In this document: positions 45,810 to 53,822 of the stretch, piece by piece
How the letters are laid out: every line of letters starts with the position of its first letter
Position numbering within the stretch: position 1 is the stretch's first letter
NCBI GenBank assembly: GCA_038200355.1
Contig: JBBPXZ010000006.1
Span: 9,954-73,953, forward strand
DNA length: 64,000 nucleotides
Direction: 5' to 3'
Source: Pyrinomonadales bacterium
GTDB lineage: Bacteria > Acidobacteriota > Blastocatellia > Pyrinomonadales > Pyrinomonadaceae
Program-made: the position numbers and the translations under genes
Notes under the pieces: generated by a model
What the model was told of the DNA's origin: nothing
Seen by the model: only the letters and a program-made list of their open reading frames with translations
Databases searched by the model: none

Positions 45810-46714
45810 ACGAAATTTTTACCGCCGCACTACTTTTTTCGGCGATTCGCCTTGCGACGCCGTTGATTTTCGCGGCGCTCGGCGGAATGTTTTCCGAGCG
45901 TTCGGGCGTTATCAACATCGCGCTCGAAGGCTTGATGCTGGCGGGCGCGTTCACGGGCGCGGTTGTAACTTATGAAGCGGGAAATCCGTATCTCGGCTTG
46001 CTTGCCGGAATGCTGGCGGGCGCGCTTTTGGCGTATGTTCACGCGGCTGCGTGTATTAAATTTGAAGCCGACCAGGTTGTTTCGGGAATGGCGATAAACT
46101 TTCTGATGATTGGAATTCCGTCGGTTATCAGCGGCGCGATTTACGATTCTTCGGGTTCGACGCCGCAAATCGCCAAGGAACATCTGCTGCCCGAATTTTT
46201 CAATCGCCTGTCGCTGGCGTCGATTCTGGCTTTCGCGCTCGTTCCGGTCTGCTGGTATGTTTTGTATAAAACGCCGTTCGGCTTGCGTCTTCGCGCTACG
46301 GGTGAAAATCCGGCGGCGGCGGACGCGGCGGGCATCAGCGTTTCGCGTATTCGTTATACCGGCGTCGTTTTATCGGGAATCTTAGCAGCGGCGGGCGGCG
46401 CGTATCTGTCAATCGGGCAAAGCTCTTTGTTCACAAGAAATATGACCGCCGGACGCGGATATATCGCGCTGGCGGCGCTGATTTTAGCAAAATGGCGTCC
46501 GGTTCAAACGCTTCTCGCGTGTCTGTTTTTCGGTTTGATGGAAGCGCTGACAATCCAGATACAAGGCGTTTATAAACTGCCGTCGGGCGAAGATATTCCG
46601 ATTCAGTTTATCCAAATCATTCCGTATGTTCTGACGATAATCGTTCTCGCCGGTTTCATCGGCTTGTCGCGCGCGCCGAAATCGCTCGGCGTTCCATACA
46701 GAAAAGAGAAATAA
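45806..46714 (+). CDS. ABC transporter permease, BMP/nucleoside (YufQ/NupC-like) family
   Basis: 302 aa polytopic protein, translationally coupled to the previous gene. Confidence 0.82.
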   Translation: MNEIFTAALLFSAIRLATPLIFAALGGMFSERSGVINIALEGLMLAGAFTGAVVTYEAGNPYLGLLAGMLAGALLAYVHAAACIKFEADQVVSGMAINFLMIGIPSVISGAIYDSSGSTPQIAKEHLLPEFFNRLSLASILAFALVPVCWYVLYKTPFGLRLRATGENPAAADAAGISVSRIRYTGVVLSGILAAAGGAYLSIGQSSLFTRNMTAGRGYIALAALILAKWRPVQTLLACLFFGLMEALTIQIQGVYKLPSGEDIPIQFIQIIPYVLTIIVLAGFIGLSRAPKSLGVPYRKEK

Positions 46715-46799
46715 TTCAAAGTTCAAAGTTGGAAAATTTCAACATAATTTTGAATCTCGAATTCTGAATCTCGAACCTTAAACTTTGAATTTTGAACTT
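46713..46799. repeat. 7-nt-periodic word hairpin (TTCAAAG / CTTTGAA, CTCGAAT words)
   Basis: The left arm is AATTCAAAGTTCAAAGTTGGAAAATTTCAA. The right arm is TTTTGAATCTCGAATTCTGAATCTCGAACCTTAAACTTTGAATTTTGAACTT. Confidence 0.78.
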
Positions 46800-46803
46800 A
46801 TTT

Positions 46804-47676
46804 ATGACTTACGAAAACGCATTTGAAGCGGCTGAATTTATCCGCTCGAAATACGATAAGGAAATAAAAGTCGCGCTTGTTTTGGGCAGCGGTTTGGGCG
46901 CATTCGGCGAGGAAGTCGAAAACGCGGTGCGTATTCCTTATGAGCAGATTCCGCATTTTGCGCTCTCGACCGTCGAAGGACACGCCGGACAGTTGGTTTT
47001 GGGCGAAGTCGCGGGCGTGTCCGTCGCGGTTCAGCAGGGACGCTTTCATTATTACGAAGGCTATGAGATGAGCGAGGTAATTTTTCCGGTGCGTGTTTTC
47101 GGGCTTCTCGGCGTGAAAAGTTTGATTTTAACGAACGCGGCGGGCAGCGTCGATACGGATTTTAAGCAGGGAACTTTGATGCTGATTCGAGACCATCTGA
47201 ATTTGATGGGCGTCAATCCGCTGCGCGGCAGAAACGACGAGCGTTTCGGCGCGCGCTTCCCGGATATGACGGAAGTCTACGCGCTCGATTATCAGGAAAT
47301 CGCGCTCGCCGCCGCCCGCGCGATGGCTGATGAAAAAAACAAAGCCGACGAAGAAAGAACCGGAAAAAAACAGCTGAAACCGAGAATTCTGCGGCGCGGC
47401 GTCTATTGCGGATTGTCGGGACCGACGTATGAAACGCCGTCGGAAATTCGTATGCTGCGAATGCTCGGCGCGGACGCCGTTGGAATGTCAACCGTCCCCG
47501 AAGCGATAACGGCGCGGCAGATGGGCATCAAGGTTCTGGGAATCTCCTGCATCACGAATATGGCGGCGGGAATCTCGGACGAGCCGATTCATCACGAAGA
47601 AGTTATAGAAACCGGCGCGCGCGTCGCGGCGACGTTTAAGGAATTATTGAAAGGAATAATTCCGAAATTGGACTAG
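46804..47676 (+). CDS. purine nucleoside phosphorylase (trimeric PNP-I type)
   Basis: It has VLGSGLG, STVEGHAG and GLSGPTYETPSEIRMLRMLGADAVGMSTVPE motifs. I placed the start at MTYENAF. Confidence 0.9.
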   Translation: MTYENAFEAAEFIRSKYDKEIKVALVLGSGLGAFGEEVENAVRIPYEQIPHFALSTVEGHAGQLVLGEVAGVSVAVQQGRFHYYEGYEMSEVIFPVRVFGLLGVKSLILTNAAGSVDTDFKQGTLMLIRDHLNLMGVNPLRGRNDERFGARFPDMTEVYALDYQEIALAAARAMADEKNKADEERTGKKQLKPRILRRGVYCGLSGPTYETPSEIRMLRMLGADAVGMSTVPEAITARQMGIKVLGISCITNMAAGISDEPIHHEEVIETGARVAATFKELLKGIIPKLD

Positions 47677-47777
47677 CCACAGAGGACACAGAGTTCACAA
47701 AGGCTGCAGAAGAATTTTTATAATACTTTAGAAAATTCTTTGCCTTTTCTCTCTGTGAACTCTGTGAACTCTGTGGC
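47676..47777. repeat. 9-nt-periodic composite hairpin (CACAGAGTT / AACTCTGTG words)
   Basis: GCCACAGAGGACACAGAGTTCACAAAGG pairs with CCTTTTCTCTCTGTGAACTCTGTGAACTCTGTGGC. There is an inner stem AGAAGAATTTT / AAAATTCTTT. Confidence 0.8.
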
Positions 47778-47788
47778 AAAAAATATTT

Positions 47789-48418
47789 ATGATAATCGGA
47801 ATATGCGGCGGAACGGGTTCGGGGAAAACGACGATAGCCAGAAAAATCGTGCAGACGGTCGGCGCGGAGAATGTCGTGCTGATTGAGCAGGATTCTTATT
47901 ATCGAAACCTTGCCGATATGCCGCTCGACGAACGGCGGCAGGCGAATTTCGACCACCCGGACGCCATCGACAGCGATATGCTGATGAATCACATAAAGCG
48001 TCTGAAAGGCGGGCAGTCAATCGAAATGCCGGTTTATGATTTTAAATCTCACACCAGAAGCGCGGAAAATAATCACATCGAGCCGAAACAGGTCGTCATC
48101 GTCGAAGGAATTTTAATTTTCGCTGAGCCGCGCATTTTAGACTTGCTCGACGTGCGCGTTTTTGTCGATACGCCCGACGATATTCGTTTTATACGGCGCT
48201 TAAAACGCGACGTATCGGAACGCGGGCGCACCGTCGAATCGGTTATCGAACAGTATTTTGCGACCGTCCGTCCGATGCACCACGAATTTGTCGAGCTTTC
48301 AAAACGCTACGCCGATATTATTATTCCCGAAGGCGGCGAAACGAATATCAGCATCGGAATGCTGTGCGGTCTGGTGCGCGAAAAACTGCGCGAGGAAATG
48401 AAGGAAGTGAAAATTTAA
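47789..48418 (+). CDS. udk: uridine kinase
   Basis: It has the P-loop GICGGTGSGKTT and is colinear with Udk (..DHPDAID..VEGIL..). Confidence 0.93.
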   Translation: MIIGICGGTGSGKTTIARKIVQTVGAENVVLIEQDSYYRNLADMPLDERRQANFDHPDAIDSDMLMNHIKRLKGGQSIEMPVYDFKSHTRSAENNHIEPKQVVIVEGILIFAEPRILDLLDVRVFVDTPDDIRFIRRLKRDVSERGRTVESVIEQYFATVRPMHHEFVELSKRYADIIIPEGGETNISIGMLCGLVREKLREEMKEVKI

Positions 48419-48424
48419 TACGAT

Positions 48425-48562
48425 GCGTCTCAAAAATAGTGATTCAACAAAAATGCTTCGGTTTTTCTTTGCCGCTTTTGCGCCTTTGCGGGAAAGTTTA
48501 TTGTTTCCCGCAAAGGCGCAAAGCTCGCAAAGTTTAAGGCAGAGCATTTTTGAGACAGCCTC
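48425..48562. repeat. dispersed hairpin element (TTTGCGCCTTTGCGGG core), copy B
   Basis: GTCTCAAAAA...TGCTTCGGTTTTTCTTTGCCGCTTTTGCGCCTTTGCGGGAAA...CCGCAAAGGCGCAAAGC...GCATTTTTGAGACAGCCTC. It ends 9 nt before the cdd ATG. Confidence 0.8.
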
Positions 48563-48571
48563 TAATTTATT

Positions 48572-48970
48572 ATGAAAGAAGATTTGCAGAAACTTGTCGA
48601 ATTGGCGAAAAAAGCCCGCGAAAATGCCAGCGCGCCGTTCTCGAATTTCAAAGTCGGCGCGGCACTTTTAACAAACGGCGGCGACATTTTCACCGGCTGC
48701 AACATCGAAAACGCGTCTTACGGTTTAACGATGTGCGCCGAGCGCGTGGCGATTTTCAAAGCGATTTCCGAAGGCAGACGCGACTTTCAAAAAATCGTCG
48801 TCGTCGCCGACACCGAAGATGTAACGCCGCCGTGCGGCGCGTGCTGCCAGATAATCTGGGAATTCTGCGGCGATGTCGAAATCATTTTAACGAATCTCGA
48901 CGGGAAAACCGAAACGATGCGGATGAGCGAACTTTTCCCGCGAGCGTTTGATTCAAAGTTTTTGAAGTAA
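48572..48970 (+). CDS. cdd: cytidine deaminase
   Basis: 132 aa with the zinc motifs CAERVA and PCGACCQ. Confidence 0.93.
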   Translation: MKEDLQKLVELAKKARENASAPFSNFKVGAALLTNGGDIFTGCNIENASYGLTMCAERVAIFKAISEGRRDFQKIVVVADTEDVTPPCGACCQIIWEFCGDVEIILTNLDGKTETMRMSELFPRAFDSKFLK

Positions 48971-49022
48971 TCGTCGCTTTAATTTTCTTTAATAAAATCC
49001 ACGGAATCCAAAAAATCCAAAT

Positions 49023-50420
49023 ATGAAAAATCTAAAGATTTTACTGCTTATCTCGCTTCTTTTAATCGTTCCGCAAGCGATTTTCGGACAAAGGAAAGCG
49101 GTCGATTTAATAGTTTCGGGCGGCACAATCGTAACGATGGATGCGGCGAAACGCGTTATCGAAAACGGCGCGGTCGCCGTCGAAAACGATAAAATCGTCG
49201 GCGTCGGGACGATTGCGGAAATTAACCGGAAATTTTCTTCGAGACAAACGATTGCGGCAAACGGAAAAGTCGTTATTCCCGGTTTAATCAACGCGCACAC
49301 GCACATTCCGATGTCGCTTTTTCGCGGTATTTCCGACGATTTGGATTTGCAGGAATGGCTGACGAAATTTATTTTCCCGGCTGAGGCGAAAAATGTAACC
49401 GAAGATTTCGTGCGCGCCGGAACGCGTCTCGGACTGGCGGAAATGATTCGCGGCGGGACGACGACTTACTGCGATATGTATTATTTTGAAGACGCCGTGG
49501 CGGACGAAACCGCGAAAGCGGGCGTGCGCGGCGTTCTGGGCGAGACGATTATCAGGTTTCCGGTCAGCGATAATAAAACGCCGGAAGACGCGATTCGCTA
49601 CACGGAAAATTTCGTCAGTAAGTGGAAAAATCACGCGCTCATCGTTCCGGCATTCGCGCCGCACGCGCCTTATACGCTGACGACCGAACAGCTGAACGCC
49701 GTCAAAAAATCCGCCGACAAGTTAAACGCCGCCGTCGTCATTCACGTCGCCGAAACGAAAACCGAAGCTGAAGACATTTTAAAGCAATACGGCGCGCGTC
49801 CGGTCGAATATCTGGCGAAAATCGGATTTTTAAATAATCGCGTCATCGCCGCGCACGTCGTCTGGGCGAACGATTACGAGCTTGATTTACTGAAAAGATT
49901 CGGCGTCGGCGTCGCGCATAACCCGCAGTCGAATATGAAACTGGCGTCGGGCGTCGCGCCCGTTCCGCAGATGCTTGCTAAAAATCTGGCAGTCGGCTTG
50001 GGAACGGACGGCGCGGCGTCGAATAATGATTTGGATATGTGGGAAGAAATGGACACGGCGGCGAAGCTGCACAAGGTTTCGAGCGGCGACCCGACAGTCG
50101 TAACGGCGCAGCAGGCGTTTGAAATGGCGACAATCGGCGGCGCGCGCGCGCTTCATCTTGAAAAAATCACCGGCTCGCTCGAAGCCGGAAAACGCGCCGA
50201 CATCGTGATTGTCGATTTCGACGCGCTTCATCAGACGCCTTTTTATAACGTCTATTCGGCGCTCGTTTATACGACTAAAGCAAGCGATGTTCGCACGGTT
50301 ATTATCAACGGGCGCGTCGTGATGCGCGACCGCCGTTTGCTCTACCTTGACGAAAATGCTATAAAAAGAACTGCAAACGCATATCGCCGAAAAATCATCA
50401 ATAGTTTATCAATCAAGTAA
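49023..50420 (+). CDS. exported amidohydrolase-superfamily deaminase (MtaD / SAH-MTA deaminase-like)
   Basis: It has a signal peptide (MKNLKILLLISLLLIVPQAIFGQ), the metal motif NAHTHIP, HVAE and GTDG blocks. Confidence 0.78.
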   Translation: MKNLKILLLISLLLIVPQAIFGQRKAVDLIVSGGTIVTMDAAKRVIENGAVAVENDKIVGVGTIAEINRKFSSRQTIAANGKVVIPGLINAHTHIPMSLFRGISDDLDLQEWLTKFIFPAEAKNVTEDFVRAGTRLGLAEMIRGGTTTYCDMYYFEDAVADETAKAGVRGVLGETIIRFPVSDNKTPEDAIRYTENFVSKWKNHALIVPAFAPHAPYTLTTEQLNAVKKSADKLNAAVVIHVAETKTEAEDILKQYGARPVEYLAKIGFLNNRVIAAHVVWANDYELDLLKRFGVGVAHNPQSNMKLASGVAPVPQMLAKNLAVGLGTDGAASNNDLDMWEEMDTAAKLHKVSSGDPTVVTAQQAFEMATIGGARALHLEKITGSLEAGKRADIVIVDFDALHQTPFYNVYSALVYTTKASDVRTVIINGRVVMRDRRLLYLDENAIKRTANAYRRKIINSLSIK

Positions 50421-50575
50421 GACAGGTTAATCGATAACTTGTTTTTTACCGTTTTGAAAAACTTATAACCAGACGGATTATTTGTTCAGGTCGTAGAAAG
50501 TGAGGCTTTGCAAAGTTTGTCGCTTTGACCTCTGCGGAAAATTTAAGTCCGAAAGAGAGTAGGGAGAAGACTCGA

Positions 50576-51889
50576 ATGCCGCTAAATGTCAGAAGATTCT
50601 GCGCTTCTATTTTATCAGTTTTTATTTTCAGCCTTTTTATTTCCGCACAGACCGCGCCGTCCTCAGCCGATATAATGCGCGAACGGGTGGCGAAGGCGAA
50701 GGCGTTTATTGTAGTCAGAAACTACAACGCCGCTATTTACGAGCTTGAAAATATTCGCCGCGAATCATCAGACCCAACCGTTCACAATGTCGTCAGCGTT
50801 CTGCTGATGAACAGCTATCTCGAACAGGGCGATTACAAACGCGCGCAGGACTTTTTGAAAGAAGCGTCCAGCCCTAAGAAAATCACCGGACAAAACGGCG
50901 CTGCGGGTTATTTTGCGGTTGCCGGTCAGGTTGTAAAAGGCGCGAGAAACCAGTTGGAACGGTATAAATCGCTCGGCTTGAGCGTTTCCGACCGCAATCT
51001 GCCGCCCGAAGCCGCCGCTGACGTGCAGAAAATGCGCGAAACTTTAGAGATTGTCGTAGAGCAGTCGAAGGTTTTGGGCGCGGATAAAAAACAAACCTCC
51101 GACGCGATGGCGCTGGTCGAAGAAGCGACGGGCGCGCGGAGCAGCCTGGCAAAAGACGATTACGACGCCAAGCGCTGGAAGAACGAAGTCGGCGATGCCC
51201 GCGAACAGCTCGCCAATTCGAGAAGCGTTATAGTCAACGCCGCCGGTGAACCGACGACCGAGCTTCCGAAAACCGTCGTCGCGGCAAACGTTCCCGCCGC
51301 TAATCAAAATACGAATTCGCCGTCGCCGCAGAATGTTCCGGTTTTCCAACCTATTCCGAATTCGGTTAATAATTCGTCAAATCAAACTCCAGTTGCCGGT
51401 ATTTCACAGCCCGCAACGATTAAGACGCAGAACGAGGCGGAGAAAAAAGCCGCAGAACCTGCAAAAACAATCGCCGAAAACGCCGAAACCGCAAATCCGC
51501 AATCCAGAAACCGGCGCGCTGAAAATGCAAACACCGAAGCGTCAGCCAGTCAGACGGGAAAAGCCGCGCCGCCGGCAAACACGGCGAGCGCCGACGCGCC
51601 GAAAAATGACGCGCCTTTAATCGTCGGCTCGCTTGTCGATTACGCCACTCAGAAATCCAATCCGGTTTATCCGCCGGCAGCCAGAAGTATGCGAACGAGC
51701 GGCGTCGTGCGGGTTGAGCTGATAGTCGATGAAAGCGGTCAGGTAGCCGAAGTGCAGAAAACGAGCGGTCCGTCTCTATTGCAGAGAGCTGCCGCCGATG
51801 CCGTTAGAAAATGGAAATTCAAACCTTTCGTCCGCGACGGCGAGCCGGTAAAAGCAACCGGATTCGTGAGTTTTAATTTTAGTCTGTAA
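50576..51889 (+). CDS. TonB-family protein (helical N-domain, low-complexity spacer, TonB_C)
   Basis: An AGGGAGAAG RBS precedes the ATG, and there is a signal/anchor segment. The C-terminal block is YPPAARSMRTSGVVRVELIVDESGQV..KWKFKPF. Confidence 0.8.
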   Translation: MPLNVRRFCASILSVFIFSLFISAQTAPSSADIMRERVAKAKAFIVVRNYNAAIYELENIRRESSDPTVHNVVSVLLMNSYLEQGDYKRAQDFLKEASSPKKITGQNGAAGYFAVAGQVVKGARNQLERYKSLGLSVSDRNLPPEAAADVQKMRETLEIVVEQSKVLGADKKQTSDAMALVEEATGARSSLAKDDYDAKRWKNEVGDAREQLANSRSVIVNAAGEPTTELPKTVVAANVPAANQNTNSPSPQNVPVFQPIPNSVNNSSNQTPVAGISQPATIKTQNEAEKKAAEPAKTIAENAETANPQSRNRRAENANTEASASQTGKAAPPANTASADAPKNDAPLIVGSLVDYATQKSNPVYPPAARSMRTSGVVRVELIVDESGQVAEVQKTSGPSLLQRAAADAVRKWKFKPFVRDGEPVKATGFVSFNFSL

Positions 51890-51918
51890 AAGTTTTGAGA
51901 AGATAAATCAGATGTTTC

Positions 51919-51955
51919 GGGCTGAGGCTTTTTCAAAAAAGCTTCAGCCTTTTTT
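51919..51955. terminator. bidirectional intrinsic terminator
   Basis: GGGCTGAGGCTTTTT-ca-AAAAAGCTTCAGCC is followed by TTTTTT. Confidence 0.85.
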
Positions 51956-51957
51956 CG

Positions 51958-52725
51958 TTAAGGCTGGTCGATGCTTCGGTTAGCGCCTCTTCTGCCTTTG
52001 GTGTCGCGCGTTCTCGACGCGGCGCTGCCGCCGAACCCGCGAAAAAGCGGCGTGAAAATCCATTTGCTGTGATTTTCGATGCCGTAATAAGACAGAACCG
52101 ATTTACTGCGGCTCTGGCTGGCGACGCCGATAAACGGCGTATCTTCGGTCGTTATCTCGATTTCCGATTCGTCGGCTTCTTCGGTGTCGCTTTCGCTTTT
52201 CGTATTGATAATATTCGTCAGAGAAACGGCGTAGCGGTCGAAATACTGTCGCGGGTCGGACGACGGCAGCAAGCCGTTATTGTATGTCTGCACGCGTTTG
52301 CCGAAACTTATAAATGCTTGACTGTCCGGTTTTATCAAGCGCCATTTGCCGTCTTCCGACAGCGGGTCAACCGCCGCCGAAGGTCTCAGAATCTGACGTT
52401 TTTTCGTTCCGTAAGGCACGCCTTCGAGCAGGTCGTCCATCGAGCGGGGAAGTTTCGCGCCGCGATAAGCGATAACGTATTGTTTGATGGCTTCGGCGAC
52501 TTCCTCGCCGCGCCTGATTGATTCGAGTTCGCGCTCGCGCTGAACGCCCTGCTGAACGGTCGGCGCGACCGCCAGAAGCCCGATAGCGAAAATAGTCATC
52601 ACCGCCAGAACCGCCAGCAGAGACATACCGCTTTCGCCTCGCGGAGCGCTCGCCGCTTTAAGAAGCGCGGTTTGCGGCTTTTGCAGCTCGTAATTCGTAA
52701 TTCGCAGTTCGTAATTCATTTTCAT
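51958..52725 (-). CDS. prepilin-like / type II secretion pseudopilin-like protein (start uncertain)
   Basis: It has the leader-like ..APRGESG|MSLLAVLAVMTIFAIGLLAV but no Glu at +5. The following ..RERELESIRRGEEVAEAIKQY.. block resembles GspG/GspK-type minor pseudopilins. Confidence 0.6.
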   Translation of the reverse strand: MKMNYELRITNYELQKPQTALLKAASAPRGESGMSLLAVLAVMTIFAIGLLAVAPTVQQGVQRERELESIRRGEEVAEAIKQYVIAYRGAKLPRSMDDLLEGVPYGTKKRQILRPSAAVDPLSEDGKWRLIKPDSQAFISFGKRVQTYNNGLLPSSDPRQYFDRYAVSLTNIINTKSESDTEEADESEIEITTEDTPFIGVASQSRSKSVLSYYGIENHSKWIFTPLFRGFGGSAASRTRDTKGRRGANRSIDQP

Positions 52726-52750
52726 AACCGATTAAACACCGAATGTCCGT

Positions 52751-53803
52751 TTAATTGTCTCCGTCGTCATCATCGGCGGGCGGCTGCGGCGTCGGAAGGT
52801 AGCGCGGAATATTGCTCGGTATGCCGGGAATTTCTCCCTGCGGATTCGGATAACTCGGAATACCTTGATTATACGGGCTGTAATTGTTATTCGGGTTGGG
52901 GTTATTCGTCGCGCTTTGTCCCGGCGCGGGGCGATAAAGCGCGAGCTTATGGCGAAATCCTAAATTTACGTCTTCAAAAACGACTTCGCTCGGCGAAATA
53001 CTGGTGATGCGAAAACGTCCGACGACGACATCGTTCAGGCGCGCTCCGAACGGCGCAGGTTTTCCCGGCTCCTGAAAATATGCCGTGTCGTTGTTGGCGA
53101 GCTTGCGTCCAATCATCCCGATATACTGGAACTGCGGGCGCGGCGGCGCCTGGACGGCGAGCGAAAATTGATTTGAATAAAGTTTTCCGTCCGGCGTGGC
53201 GACCGTAATCGTCGCGCTGCCTTCGCCGGAAATGAAATTCGACGGCACGTTGGCGACAAGCTGCTGCGGGCTGACGAAAGTCGTCGGCAATTGATTGCCG
53301 TTAAATAAAATCACCGAATCGGGCGTGAATTTATCGCCGTTCACTTCCAGTCTGAAAGTTTTTGAACCGGCGAAAACGCTCTGCGGCGAGACGAAAGAAA
53401 TAAGAATTGGCGGCGGCGGAACGGGCGCGGGCGGCGGCGCGGGCGGCGGCGTTTTAAAGACGGGCGAAGGCGTAACATACGGCGTCGGCGCGGGCGGTTC
53501 GTAAAAAGCGAAAATGTTTCTGCCCGCGTCCGGCGCGTAGGAAGCGCCCGGATTATAAACGACCGGCATCGTCGTATATGCCAAATCCATTTCCGTCTGA
53601 TTCGGCATCGCGGCGACTTCCGCGCCGGCTCGCGGCGAAGCGGTCGGCGTCGGCGAAACGCTGACCGTAATTGTTTTTTTGCGGCTCGGATAAAGCCCGA
53701 CAATGTTGTAGAGAATGGCAAGCACAGCCATCGCGCCGAGAACGAGCGCGGCGATTGTCTTGTTTCTTTCAGCCGGAGTTTTTCCTTCAAAAATCTTTAT
53801 CAT
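52751..53803 (-). CDS. PilP-like pilus assembly protein with Pro-rich linker and inserted IPT/TIG-like domain
   Basis: It has a TM anchor, a GRNIFAF motif, an IPT/TIG-like segment (ISFVSPQSVFAGSKTFRLEVNGDKF...ATITVATPDG) and a C-terminal PilP-like barrel (GARLNDVVVGRFRITSISPSEVVFED). I placed the start at ATG 53803. Confidence 0.6.
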   Translation of the reverse strand: MIKIFEGKTPAERNKTIAALVLGAMAVLAILYNIVGLYPSRKKTITVSVSPTPTASPRAGAEVAAMPNQTEMDLAYTTMPVVYNPGASYAPDAGRNIFAFYEPPAPTPYVTPSPVFKTPPPAPPPAPVPPPPILISFVSPQSVFAGSKTFRLEVNGDKFTPDSVILFNGNQLPTTFVSPQQLVANVPSNFISGEGSATITVATPDGKLYSNQFSLAVQAPPRPQFQYIGMIGRKLANNDTAYFQEPGKPAPFGARLNDVVVGRFRITSISPSEVVFEDVNLGFRHKLALYRPAPGQSATNNPNPNNNYSPYNQGIPSYPNPQGEIPGIPSNIPRYLPTPQPPADDDDGDN

Positions 53804-53822
53804 TGCTGTTTTGCTGCTGTTG

